The notes beneath the pieces were generated by a model that made no database searches, had not been told where the DNA came from, and worked only from the letters and a program-made list of their open reading frames with translations. The translations under genes were made by a program, and so were the position numbers. 64,000 nucleotides of DNA from a virus, in IMG/VR virus record IMGVR_UViG_3300025276_000023, positions 1 through 64,000 of that record. The stretch is one strand, 5' to 3'. Positions 48,859 to 58,558 of the stretch are shown one piece after another (positions within the stretch are counted from its first letter, which is position 1; every line of letters starts with the position of its first letter).

Positions 48859-49578
48859 ATGTATCAGATAGGTGAGAGAACAGCAGGTGCGTATGTTCAA
48901 ACTTTGCAAGAGAAAATTAAATATCTTAAAGCAGCTAAAGAAGAACCGTTCGTTATTGAGCCGCATTTCAAAAAGATCTGGAGCGAGATGCAAACGCTTG
49001 TGCCGTATCTTAAGATGATTTCATCTTTCTCTAAGCGTTACTGTGGGTTTGTCGAGTACGGCTTCCCTAGCACGTTAGAGAGATCAGAATGGGTAGGTTA
49101 TTGCAATACAGCAGATGAGGGTTACGGCTTTCCATTTGCAGATGGACCAGCGAGACGAAGCGCAGGGGTTTATATTAAAGTACTGATGAGTAAGATCGAG
49201 CAAAGAACCAATTTAAGATTTCCAGTAAAATGGGGAGATAGAAAGTGGGTATATGAAGATCTATACTTCGATGTTTCTAGTGACTTTAAATACACCTATG
49301 AAAAGTTCTTAGAAGATAGCGACTTAAAGGACGAAGCAACCGCAACCATCCTTTATGATTTCATATTAAAGAATTCGTGGGAAGAGGATTACGTTAAAAC
49401 CCTAGAGCAGGTAAATAAATTCACCCTTGATATCATGAATGAAGACGATATAGACAGAAAGATTATGCGCATTGAGAACATGATTTCAATCTTTAAGCGA
49501 ATGAACAAAATAAGAGCAATGTCAGTAACACTTACTGCTGACCTTGCTAAAGAACTTGAGGGATTTATAAATGACTAG
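48859..49578 (+). CDS. Hypothetical protein
   Basis: ORF in a tightly coupled operon. Confidence 0.75.
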   Translation: MYQIGERTAGAYVQTLQEKIKYLKAAKEEPFVIEPHFKKIWSEMQTLVPYLKMISSFSKRYCGFVEYGFPSTLERSEWVGYCNTADEGYGFPFADGPARRSAGVYIKVLMSKIEQRTNLRFPVKWGDRKWVYEDLYFDVSSDFKYTYEKFLEDSDLKDEATATILYDFILKNSWEEDYVKTLEQVNKFTLDIMNEDDIDRKIMRIENMISIFKRMNKIRAMSVTLTADLAKELEGFIND

Positions 49579-49870
49579 ACTATTAGATAAATTTGCATTC
49601 TTTACAGGCAAGGCTGTAGAGTCCGTAGAAGCCATGGAAAATAAAAAGGTAATAGAAGCTATCTTAATTGAATCGGAGACGGTGGGAGAACGTACAGCGC
49701 TTTCTTGTTCTATTAACTTCCAACATCGAATCAATGTAGCTATAAACGATGCCTTGCGTTTAAACTGTATTGAAAAAGGGGATAGTAAACATCTTGCATT
49801 GATAGAGATGAGAGATAGAGTACTGGATTTGGAAACCGATTACTTCTTAAGCAACGTAAAGGACTTTTAA
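49571..49870 (+). CDS. Hypothetical protein, probable paralog of 50491..50799
   Basis: INDAL...C....D..HLAL vs INDAV...C....D..YLAV. Confidence 0.7.
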   Translation: MTRLLDKFAFFTGKAVESVEAMENKKVIEAILIESETVGERTALSCSINFQHRINVAINDALRLNCIEKGDSKHLALIEMRDRVLDLETDYFLSNVKDF

Positions 49871-49871
49871 A

Positions 49872-50507
49872 ATGGAACTGATCTTTACACCAGAAGAGTT
49901 AGACAACTTGCTAGATAAGGTTATGCTATCTGTCTTTTCAATCTATACTCGCAACAGAGAACAGCCCAAGGTAAGTGATTATGGTTTTGCTATAGATCAG
50001 TTAACTAAACTCACTAAGAAAGTTACACCTTATCTATTACAGTTACATTGGTATCAGAACACGGCATGTAACAATGCTAACTCGTATGCAGAATGTCATG
50101 AACATATGAAATCAGAAATTGAAAACATAATAGACATGGACATCATTTGCTATACAGGTAAGTTCTTTAAGCAAAAACCTGAACATATGTATCGCATAAT
50201 GGGCTTTGGTTTATACCCAAGAACTCATAGTGAATTCAGTAAAGAAAAAATGCTTTCTTTATTTGAAAATCATACGGCTATACCAGAAACAGTATTTGAT
50301 AAAGTAATGTGTGCGAACGTACCAGCCGACGAATGGGTTGACGATAAAGTAATCGATGCAATGGGGGCTGTTAAATTATTTGACCTAGCTCCAATAGAGG
50401 AACTAGTTAAAAGACTTGAGAAGTTAAGAGAGTTTAACGTTTCAATAAAACTAGACGAAGAGTCCATTAATTTAATTAAAGGAGCGTTGGATGAAATCAG
50501 TAATTGA
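49872..50507 (+). CDS. Hypothetical protein
   Basis: AAGGA RBS. Confidence 0.75.
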   Translation: MELIFTPEELDNLLDKVMLSVFSIYTRNREQPKVSDYGFAIDQLTKLTKKVTPYLLQLHWYQNTACNNANSYAECHEHMKSEIENIIDMDIICYTGKFFKQKPEHMYRIMGFGLYPRTHSEFSKEKMLSLFENHTAIPETVFDKVMCANVPADEWVDDKVIDAMGAVKLFDLAPIEELVKRLEKLREFNVSIKLDEESINLIKGALDEISN

Positions 50508-50799
50508 TAATATTAAAAGTCCTCTTTTATTTAACCATGAATTTAAACATGTTTTAGAGAAGCTACGAGATTCACTTAACTGGGCAGCTAACTATGAGGT
50601 AGATGAAACGGGTTCTTATTTTTCAGATATGATAACCAATGTAATGACTTTGTTCCAAGGTAGAATAAACGATGCTGTAGAAGCAGGATGTTTCAATGAA
50701 CAAGACGGTACCTATCTCGCCGTTAGAAAAGAATTCAACGATTCACTAAAACGTATCATCTCAGACTTACTGAAAAAAATACATGATGAAAATAAATGA
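50491..50799 (+). CDS. Hypothetical protein
   Basis: AAGGAG RBS; overlaps neighbours. Confidence 0.7.
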   Translation: MKSVIDNIKSPLLFNHEFKHVLEKLRDSLNWAANYEVDETGSYFSDMITNVMTLFQGRINDAVEAGCFNEQDGTYLAVRKEFNDSLKRIISDLLKKIHDENK

Positions 50800-51106
50800 A
50801 CTAATGTGCACACTGAATGCTAAAGCAGAGAAGTGTGCTTTTTTTAAAAATAGCAAAGCTGAATGCTTAAAAGCGTTAGAAGTTACATTCGGATGCAATA
50901 GTATAATAGCTAAGACTATTTTTGAATGCTTTTATAAAACTTACTATCTAGAAATAGATGAACTAAATAAACTTATCTCATATACGCTGAATATACAAGC
51001 ACGTGAGATAGTACACTATTACGATGAGGATTTCGAGAAGCTACCAGATAAACAACAAGTACTATTCTTGTTATACGTAGCACTGGAATCTAATCTAGGA
51101 AAATAA
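50783..51106 (+). CDS. Hypothetical protein
   Basis: ORF overlapping its neighbour in the operon. Confidence 0.65.
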   Translation: MMKINELMCTLNAKAEKCAFFKNSKAECLKALEVTFGCNSIIAKTIFECFYKTYYLEIDELNKLISYTLNIQAREIVHYYDEDFEKLPDKQQVLFLLYVALESNLGK

Positions 51107-51107
51107 C

Positions 51108-52166
51108 ATGACTACTTTAAATACATCAAGAATTATCTTCAACCTATATGCCAAGCGCCTGGTTGCCAATTACGGCACAATGTCAGAACACATTGGCTCT
51201 TTAACCGAAGAAGAACGTTACGATGCACTGCACTCAGAGATTATGGGCAAACATAAAACGTTACGTTACATTCGCAACTTAGTAAACGCGGAAGTTAAAT
51301 CTCACTACCCACGTTGGTTAGATCTAGCTGATGACAGTGAGCTTAACAATGAAGAACTTAAAAGTACTTATCTTTATTATCTAACCACGCAAGATCCAGA
51401 GTTTTCAATTGATCTTAGAAACGAGCGTCGTAAGTTTATAAACGATAGAGAGATGGCTAGCATTGTAGATAACATGACGGGTTTACGTTTACCTAAGAAC
51501 AATGTATCGGCAAGCAATGCTTTATATGACTACGCAATGATAATCAGCGAGCTAGATGTATTAGCAGCAGGTGAATCATATCGTGGCAATGCATCTCTTA
51601 TAGATTCTGCTCAGGCAATGTTTAACAACATGAGTACTGAAGATCCATTAGTGAGTGCCGTTCCATTACCTTTAAAACGTCACTTTAATAAAGACATGTC
51701 TTATTTTGAAATAGATAAGAGTAAACTGTCTAAAGTCAAATGTCGTCTAGAAGGTAGTTTTGCAACGGTTAAGAAAGGAACCGATAAAATGATTGGACGT
51801 CCTCACAACAAGGGACATACATTCGTAATTAAAGATATTCATTTCGTAATTGTTAATGAAAAACCAGAAGGTAGTCTGATTGAAGCTGACGATATTCGTA
51901 TTGTTAGAAAATCATTACATGCAACCATGGGTATTCCTGGTAAGAACCTAGCTCCTTGCATGGCTATCTTATTTTCTGATTCAGAAATAGCAGTTAAATC
52001 GACAGCAGCTGAAGTTGAAGAAAACTACTTAGCATTGGTTGAATACGTATTGGGATTACGTGAGATCTCTGACGTAAAAACAGATACCCCATTCGGTAGA
52101 GTAAGAGCTCGTTTTACTAATAAACGTTTATTACCTTACTTTGATTTTTACGCACGGTGCATCTAA
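51108..52166 (+). CDS. Hypothetical protein
   Basis: 352 aa; AGGA RBS. Confidence 0.8.
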   Translation: MTTLNTSRIIFNLYAKRLVANYGTMSEHIGSLTEEERYDALHSEIMGKHKTLRYIRNLVNAEVKSHYPRWLDLADDSELNNEELKSTYLYYLTTQDPEFSIDLRNERRKFINDREMASIVDNMTGLRLPKNNVSASNALYDYAMIISELDVLAAGESYRGNASLIDSAQAMFNNMSTEDPLVSAVPLPLKRHFNKDMSYFEIDKSKLSKVKCRLEGSFATVKKGTDKMIGRPHNKGHTFVIKDIHFVIVNEKPEGSLIEADDIRIVRKSLHATMGIPGKNLAPCMAILFSDSEIAVKSTAAEVEENYLALVEYVLGLREISDVKTDTPFGRVRARFTNKRLLPYFDFYARCI

Positions 52167-52172
52167 ACTACT

Positions 52173-52202
52173 ATGACTCTACTCCGGTAGAGTCATTTAT
52201 TT
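52173..52202 (+). terminator. Terminator hairpin
   Basis: ATGACTCTAC-TCCG-GTAGAGTCAT followed by TTATTT. Confidence 0.75.
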
Positions 52203-52213
52203 AAGGAAAGATT

Positions 52214-52876
52214 ATGGAAATGTCAGTTACCATCAATAAAAAATATGTAGAGAATTTCATTGACTTGCTAACTCGTGAAATGGAATCACATGAAGAAGTT
52301 CCTAGTATATCACCTCTTGAGTACTATGCTGTTATACGTAAATCTCTAGAAGAGAAATTCATTGCTTTAAGTAATTTCAATAACAGTATGCGAATGTTTG
52401 AAAGATCCATTCCTTCTGATCTGACGGACGAAACATATGTAGTCAGACGAATTGAAGATATGTTGACTAAGAAAACCGGTTTGATACTAAATAAAGACAA
52501 ACCGGCAGGTGAACTTTCTACTTTAAAGCTCAATGGTAATTTTTACACAGTACCCGATTCAGCAGCCATTAGTCTTCCATCATTCCTAGAGTCGGCTAAA
52601 GAAGTTATACCGTATAAGAATTGTTCTCTAGAAAGTATCTACGAATACACTAAAGATACATTCGAAGCTTTTCTACTTAGACCTAACGCAACACATGCAG
52701 AGTTTAAAGCCTCGGAGTCTAAGATTAGCATTCTACCTTATCTAAACAACAGTACTAACTTCTTTGACGTTGAACGTCTTAAAGAACTTAAAGATATGTT
52801 ATTAGTTGGTTTAGATGAGGCGATTGAAACAATTACTTTACCTAGAACTGTTTACATGGAGCTCAGAGACCTATGA
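52214..52876 (+). CDS. Hypothetical protein
   Basis: AAGGA RBS. Confidence 0.75.
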   Translation: MEMSVTINKKYVENFIDLLTREMESHEEVPSISPLEYYAVIRKSLEEKFIALSNFNNSMRMFERSIPSDLTDETYVVRRIEDMLTKKTGLILNKDKPAGELSTLKLNGNFYTVPDSAAISLPSFLESAKEVIPYKNCSLESIYEYTKDTFEAFLLRPNATHAEFKASESKISILPYLNNSTNFFDVERLKELKDMLLVGLDEAIETITLPRTVYMELRDL

Positions 52877-53202
52877 GTCATATAAAAGAAGTGACTTCTC
52901 TTTTAAGAGAAATAGATGCCTTAGTACAGAGTAAGTCTAAAATGCGTCGTAACGTAGACGATATTGAATTATGGCAGCCGTTGATGAATGTGGATTACTA
53001 CCAGGTTAATGGTGAACATCAGCTAGTAGATTTCTTAGCTGAACTCAATGCGGCTTATTACGCATTCTTATCTAGCACCTATATTAAAACTGAAAGGTTT
53101 GGAAAAATCTTAGCTAAGATAAAAGAAATAATTACCTTAGTTATTGAACACGATGCTTACAGTCCCCTGGCTAAACTTAAAGGAAACGTATTACCATGGT
53201 AA
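52873..53202 (+). CDS. Hypothetical protein
   Basis: ATGA overlap. Confidence 0.7.
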   Translation: MSHIKEVTSLLREIDALVQSKSKMRRNVDDIELWQPLMNVDYYQVNGEHQLVDFLAELNAAYYAFLSSTYIKTERFGKILAKIKEIITLVIEHDAYSPLAKLKGNVLPW

Positions 53203-53828
53203 ATGAACAATTAGAAATGAGTGAAGCGCAGCTGGTAGACTTGAAGCGCCTGATAACAGAAGAAGGTAAGTTGACTTATGAGTTTTTTAATCTAACTCTA
53301 ACATTTAACTCTCCTATTCTAACAGGTGCTTTAGAGAAGATCATTGAACTGGAAAACATTTCAGTAATAGATGCTGACTATGTTAAGAAAGCGTCGGTGA
53401 TTGAAGAATACTTAGATGATAATTATGGCATCGAAGTAATGAATGGTCAAGTACTGGGTACTGAACATGCGGAAATGATGTCAACTGGTAAAACAACACT
53501 TGCTTTCAAAGACAATGGTTTTTTCTATAACGAGCTTTATAAACAAATACGATCTAAGGTTTGTTATTCTGTTTCGCCAACCGCTCTGTATTATGTTTAC
53601 TTAGCTTTCTTTAAAGAAGCCGTCGTTAAACAAGTGCCTAAGATTGATGTTATCAATTCTAGACATCGCGATTACTTTGAAAAGTCATTTGCTGAGCTAA
53701 CAGGGGTAATGATACTTGAACTAGATAAACATTATGAAGGTATAGCTTATAGAGATTTGAAGACAGAAGAAGATCGGATGATCAAAGAAGTCATCCAGTT
53801 ATATAAAGAAAACAACGGGACCCTATAG
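53196..53828 (+). CDS. Hypothetical protein
   Basis: Coupled ORF. Confidence 0.75.
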   Translation: MVNEQLEMSEAQLVDLKRLITEEGKLTYEFFNLTLTFNSPILTGALEKIIELENISVIDADYVKKASVIEEYLDDNYGIEVMNGQVLGTEHAEMMSTGKTTLAFKDNGFFYNELYKQIRSKVCYSVSPTALYYVYLAFFKEAVVKQVPKIDVINSRHRDYFEKSFAELTGVMILELDKHYEGIAYRDLKTEEDRMIKEVIQLYKENNGTL

Positions 53829-54217
53829 TGAAGATTTTATACCTATTAATAATTGCCATCTTAGCATCTGTAAGTTACGATTATTATACTCGTTACAATG
53901 AACTGTACGACAATGACATCATACGTTTCTATATAACGTATGACATTATCTCAGTGGAAGACTGTAATGAGAAAGGCTGTGAGGCGATTGTACAGCAGTC
54001 AGGAGAAAATAAACAAGAGTTACTTTTTATCAAAAGTCTATCTTCCATGCCTTTTATTATACGCAAGCCTGTCGTGCGTCAATGTAGCAATGTAATCTCC
54101 ACTAAAGTAGTGACGTGTGAAAAAGACTTACGTTCTCTAGAAGACCTAGAACTTAAGTATGCTAAACATAAAGACTGGGATCTTCGCCCAGCCGCTTCTC
54201 AGATAATTTATCAATAA
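53828..54217 (+). CDS. Membrane-anchored/exported protein with four Cys
   Basis: MKILYLLIIAILASV N-terminus; two Cys pairs. Confidence 0.65.
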   Translation: MKILYLLIIAILASVSYDYYTRYNELYDNDIIRFYITYDIISVEDCNEKGCEAIVQQSGENKQELLFIKSLSSMPFIIRKPVVRQCSNVISTKVVTCEKDLRSLEDLELKYAKHKDWDLRPAASQIIYQ

Positions 54218-54228
54218 GGAATAGAAAG

Positions 54229-54567
54229 ATGGAAACAGAACAACAGAAGATTCTCCGTTTGCTAGGTGTGAGCGCAACATCATTTTATACAGATGAATAT
54301 CAGCGTATCTTCACCACCTTATCAAATAGTAATGTTGATGTGGTGTTCTCAAATGAACATCAAGGGTTGGGTAATCGTGAGAACTGCATAAATAAAGGCT
54401 TTGCTTACGTACAGCTACATTACTTATTTTCATTAGTGATCAATGAACAGTTCATTGAAGAAAATGCAATAGAATACATTAATTGTGAAAGAGAGTCGTT
54501 CACAATTGCTCTTGTGTTCAATGGTCAGTATGTGACCGTAACATTTAAAGCAAATGTCGACTCCTGA
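54229..54567 (+). CDS. Hypothetical protein
   Basis: AAGGA RBS. Confidence 0.7.
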   Translation: METEQQKILRLLGVSATSFYTDEYQRIFTTLSNSNVDVVFSNEHQGLGNRENCINKGFAYVQLHYLFSLVINEQFIEENAIEYINCERESFTIALVFNGQYVTVTFKANVDS

Positions 54568-55225
54568 TAGACGAAGGTATAGAGGCGTCACTAAGTCATT
54601 AGGTGGCGTCTTATATACTGGCATTTCACCAGAGATGGGTAGGGAACTATATCTCACGGTAAGCGCGCGGCTAGAACTATTCAATGAAGATCTATTTTGG
54701 TACGATAAACTAAATACCTTTCCTTTATGGAAGGCTAAGTTTAAGACCATCAAAGAAGCATATATCCAATTGGATACAGAATACGTTAGAGACAAAACAT
54801 TTTTAGGTTCTTCTAAAATGGAAAGACAGTTAACGATATCTAAAATCCTAAACCAGCACTACTCTAAAATATTTAAAGTTGAACTGTCAGACAAGCCATG
54901 TCAAAACGACGTACATGCGTCACATGAATATGGATTAGCAAGCTATCTTCTCGAAGCGAAAGAACACTTAAAGTTACCCGATAAGTATATCAAATTAGCT
55001 AAAAGTTTCTACTCTTCATCGACATCCACTGACAACTTCAATCAACCAGCAATCGTAGCTCTTTCTAGATTAGAAAATGGTTTTACTTTAGGTAAATATC
55101 AAGCCCTTAAAACTTTAAACTATAGACTTGAGGCTCTGGCTAATGGGAGACTAGAAAATCTTCTAATTGAAGTCAAACAGCTTGAGATGATAAGAGGATG
55201 GAAAGATGGAAACAGTTCAGTCTAA
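54554..55225 (+). CDS. Hypothetical protein
   Basis: ORF overlapping its neighbours. Confidence 0.7.
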   Translation: MSTPDRRRYRGVTKSLGGVLYTGISPEMGRELYLTVSARLELFNEDLFWYDKLNTFPLWKAKFKTIKEAYIQLDTEYVRDKTFLGSSKMERQLTISKILNQHYSKIFKVELSDKPCQNDVHASHEYGLASYLLEAKEHLKLPDKYIKLAKSFYSSSTSTDNFNQPAIVALSRLENGFTLGKYQALKTLNYRLEALANGRLENLLIEVKQLEMIRGWKDGNSSV

Positions 55226-55481
55226 ACTACTCAACGCGGTTAATGTAGCATTTAGTAACAATCCCCTTCCTTGGCTAGCGTTTCATAAACGACGTCAGCG
55301 AAAAGAAGTGCTACGCATAATCGATGTAAGCTATGAAAACGGTTTTCATGAATATAGAACTTCTCTAGAGGAACTACATAATCTAAATGAACTGGGTCAC
55401 TTCACTAAAGACTCTCGCTCATTTCAGTCAGTCATGGCGGTCATTGAAACGGGCGTTCAAGGTACAGCCAGTATCTACTAA
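55206..55481 (+). CDS. Hypothetical protein
   Basis: GAGGA RBS; followed by a terminator. Confidence 0.65.
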   Translation: METVQSKLLNAVNVAFSNNPLPWLAFHKRRQRKEVLRIIDVSYENGFHEYRTSLEELHNLNELGHFTKDSRSFQSVMAVIETGVQGTASIY

Positions 55482-55483
55482 CA

Positions 55484-55524
55484 TAGAAGCTCCCATTATG
55501 GGGGCTGTCTATTTTTTTATTTTT
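55484..55524 (+). terminator. Intrinsic terminator
   Basis: ATAGA-AGCTCCCA-TTA-TGGGGGCT-GTCTAT followed by a T tract. Confidence 0.75.
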
Positions 55525-55529
55525 GTGTA

Positions 55530-55566
55530 ATAGAATATTTTTTAAAACTATATTATAACTGTGAGA
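55530..55566 (+). promoter_or_regulatory. Putative early phage promoter
   Basis: ATAGAATATTTTTTAAAAC-TATAT-TATAACTGTGAGA. Confidence 0.65.
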
Positions 55567-55659
55567 TAGAAGTCTCATTACTGTTTAACTTAAGGAGAGT
55601 TCATGTTATACCATTTATTAATCTAGAGGAATTAATCCTCTTAGTTTGAGGAAACGATT

Positions 55660-56208
55660 ATGATACAACAACACCAAGCAAATAGTTCAGTTTTACAAAA
55701 TGAGCTATGGAGTAAAATAACACATCTAGTAACTGATTTAGATGTTAATCCATTAAAGCGTTCTGACAGTATTTATGAACTAGCTTCCCTTTCACAGCTT
55801 TACCATGAAAGACAAGCTAAAATAAATACAGTAGACGTTACACGATTTAAAGATAATGAAACATTACTTAAATCAACAATGCGACGTAAGATAGTTTTAC
55901 ATTATTCGGATAACCCTGCTGAGCAAGGTGAATGGATAGTGGACTTTCTAAAAATTAACCGTAAACGTATATCTACAACAGAACTGACTGCTAAGAAGTT
56001 TGACTTTAAAAAGCAACTAATAGTTGAATACATCTTTTGTAATATACAATCACTTGACGTTATACCTGAGTTGTTTAATGTGTATGGAACCGAATTTAGC
56101 AACTGTGAACTCTATCTTATCATTGACGATAAGGTACAGCCAGTCTATAGTAAATATCGTTCATTCACCGTAAAGAATGCAGGAGACCTAGTAAGGAAAT
56201 TTAACTAA
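55660..56208 (+). CDS. Hypothetical protein
   Basis: GAGGA RBS. Confidence 0.7.
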   Translation: MIQQHQANSSVLQNELWSKITHLVTDLDVNPLKRSDSIYELASLSQLYHERQAKINTVDVTRFKDNETLLKSTMRRKIVLHYSDNPAEQGEWIVDFLKINRKRISTTELTAKKFDFKKQLIVEYIFCNIQSLDVIPELFNVYGTEFSNCELYLIIDDKVQPVYSKYRSFTVKNAGDLVRKFN

Positions 56209-56597
56209 TGAAGAATGCCTTAACCAGGGCGGAACTGAAGCGCAGCCGCGCTTCAGAACTCACCATAGTTTTAATAGTGGGAACAGGACCAACGTATCAG
56301 CAGAGAGCAGCAGTATCTATCATTGAAGCGTTGATAGCAAAACATGAACGTACTACATTCAATACTCTATTTGACCCAGATGTAGTTAATCATTTATTTG
56401 AATTAAGACGACAGGCTATATTGAAAAGATTCTTAATTGTTCGCGTTGAAGAAAACATGTTGGAAGAAGCTATCCAATTCATCGACCGAGGCTTTGTAAA
56501 CTTTAAAAGTCAAATAAAGCAGTATAAAGATATTGATATACTGAATAAAGTATCGTTCAATCGAGACCTTGCAAGAAAAGAAATCCATAGCAGATAA
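56208..56597 (+). CDS. Hypothetical protein
   Basis: TAATG coupling. Confidence 0.7.
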   Translation: MKNALTRAELKRSRASELTIVLIVGTGPTYQQRAAVSIIEALIAKHERTTFNTLFDPDVVNHLFELRRQAILKRFLIVRVEENMLEEAIQFIDRGFVNFKSQIKQYKDIDILNKVSFNRDLARKEIHSR

Positions 56598-56636
56598 AAA
56601 CATTAATCGAAAAGATTTCATGTATTTAATATTAAC

Positions 56637-57287
56637 ATGGCGATGATGCCATTGGGGGGTACCTTAAAAATGAAAGAACCAATGACTCCGTTAGTTAAAC
56701 AGCTAATGGTCTTCGATCACACCTATCGGTACAGTGATTCTTTATCTACTTATAACCATTGGGAAGCAGTTGAACGGAAGCTTAAAGCTAATATAGCTGA
56801 GATTCCAGATAAAGCTACTCGTGACATATATACAGCAGCCCTGTGCGGTAACGTAGAGCCTTTAATAGCTAAGTATGGTACATTGAGTCAGGAGACTGTA
56901 CGAGTCTGTCAGGAAGAACTACAGGAACGATTAAGCACTATAAAAAGTTATCATCTATTCTTAGCTTTTCTAAATGATCTTGCAAACATCATGGGAAAGT
57001 ATATCCCACCACAGCAAGGTATCGTTTATACCAAATATGCTCCAGCAGCACAGAAGATTGACGGTAAGATTTCAATACCTGAAAGTCAGCAGTTGGAACT
57101 AAATGATTTAATAGAGAGAACGAACACTACCCTCTTTAGAGACGTGGAGAAAATACGTTTCAAATTAAAGTTACCATCGACTACTGTTTCATTATCCTGT
57201 TATACTCGAACAGATAATTTAACTCATTTCAGATTCATAACAGCAGAGAATAATACTCATGCTGACTTTGAATTATATTTAAACTAA
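56637..57287 (+). CDS. Hypothetical protein (true start may be ATG 56670)
   Basis: 216-aa ORF; a G-rich RBS-like run precedes the internal MKEP start. Confidence 0.7.
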   Translation: MAMMPLGGTLKMKEPMTPLVKQLMVFDHTYRYSDSLSTYNHWEAVERKLKANIAEIPDKATRDIYTAALCGNVEPLIAKYGTLSQETVRVCQEELQERLSTIKSYHLFLAFLNDLANIMGKYIPPQQGIVYTKYAPAAQKIDGKISIPESQQLELNDLIERTNTTLFRDVEKIRFKLKLPSTTVSLSCYTRTDNLTHFRFITAENNTHADFELYLN

Positions 57288-57296
57288 GGAAACAAA

Positions 57297-58211
57297 ATGT
57301 ATATACTTAACAGCATCGATTTAAATGGAACGTCACTAGTTAGTCTAGCACTTCGTTTAGAGGATTCAATTGAGAATGTTCTACTACAATGGGTAGACGA
57401 GGACGACGTTACAGAGGACATGGTCTGTTGTCTTTTCAATGAAGACACTAAGATGCTTGAATCTCCAGAAGGCATTGTACTGGCAGAAGTTATTAGCGTT
57501 ACAGAAGATGATGGTACTTATCATTTAGCATCTGGCGTTTATCCTGGTGCTGGTTTGTTTTCAGTGGTTGAAGAACTTAACTTCACATTCTGCACTCACT
57601 TAGGGTCTCATCTTCCATCTGATGTAAAGAGCATTGACTGCGATTACTCGCCAGTAACGATGTCACCATTAGCTTACACTGAAACACTTGAGTGTAAGAA
57701 GTTGATGGATGAAAGTACAGAAGAGTACTTCGCTATTTCTTTTGAACCAGCTACTCGTAACAGCATGAGTTCTGAAGACGCCGCAATTAGTATTGCGTTT
57801 AATAACCATATGTTCTATCAGTATTTTGGACATGTGACATTACCTGGCAATAGACATCGCTTTGTAAGTTTCGATGTGCCGATATCTGTCAACCAAACAA
57901 CTGCCCTGCTTTCTTTGCAGAACGATGCAGAAATATTTGAACGTAAAGCAGACATTAAGATAAACTTCATTGCCGAAGAACTCAAGGTAACTAAGTTGCT
58001 AGATGTTTATACGGTTAAAGCTACAGTGATGTTAATCTATCCATTCGTAGTAGAAAAAGAAATCCTACAATACAGAAGCCTAGACGATATTGTTTCTAAT
58101 CCTTTTGAGTTGGATGAAGATATAATTTCTATACTGGTAGAATCAGCAGCAAGTGAAAGCTTACATTCATTGAAGTCTGCTATCCATGAAAAATCAATTG
58201 ATAATTTATAA
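57297..58211 (+). CDS. Hypothetical acidic protein
   Basis: AAGGA RBS; 304 aa. Confidence 0.75.
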   Translation: MYILNSIDLNGTSLVSLALRLEDSIENVLLQWVDEDDVTEDMVCCLFNEDTKMLESPEGIVLAEVISVTEDDGTYHLASGVYPGAGLFSVVEELNFTFCTHLGSHLPSDVKSIDCDYSPVTMSPLAYTETLECKKLMDESTEEYFAISFEPATRNSMSSEDAAISIAFNNHMFYQYFGHVTLPGNRHRFVSFDVPISVNQTTALLSLQNDAEIFERKADIKINFIAEELKVTKLLDVYTVKATVMLIYPFVVEKEILQYRSLDDIVSNPFELDEDIISILVESAASESLHSLKSAIHEKSIDNL

Positions 58212-58247
58212 TGCAAATTAAGTAAGGTATATATCATAACAGTGAGT
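58211..58247 (+). promoter_or_regulatory. Putative early phage promoter
   Basis: ATGCAAATTAAGTAAGGTA-TATAT-CATAACAGTGAG. Confidence 0.65.
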
Positions 58248-58365
58248 TAATTGGAAATAACAGAACCAATGTAACTTAAGAAGCAATTTAATATTAACTT
58301 ATTATACAGTTTCCGCAAACAGAAAAAAGCTAAACAAAGGCAGGGCCTCCACTCTGCCTTTTCAT
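58243..58365 (+). ncRNA. Candidate small RNA or structured leader
   Basis: About 120 nt with no real ORF after the promoter. 5' hairpin GAGTTA-ATTGG...CCAAT-G-TAACTT; 3' hairpin AAAGGCAGGG-CCTCCA-CTCTGCCTTT. Confidence 0.35.
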
Positions 58366-58389
58366 CTCTCAATTACTAAGGACGTCCTC

Positions 58390-58515
58390 ATGACTCTTAA
58401 AGAAGAATTAATCCGAGCAGCAGCAAAAACGCTAGTAGTAACAACCGTTGCCTTTACAACAAAGTTGGCATTAGACAAAATTAAACAAGCAGTAGAAAAA
58501 GATAAAAATAAATAA
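58390..58515 (+). CDS. 41-aa micro-protein (not in ORF track)
   Basis: MTLKEELIRAAAKTLVVTTVAFTTKLALDKIKQAVEKDKNK; TAAGGA RBS. Confidence 0.6.
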   Translation: MTLKEELIRAAAKTLVVTTVAFTTKLALDKIKQAVEKDKNK

Positions 58516-58558
58516 TTCTACTGTAAGATTTTCCACCTCGTGTACACGTGGTCTTTTA

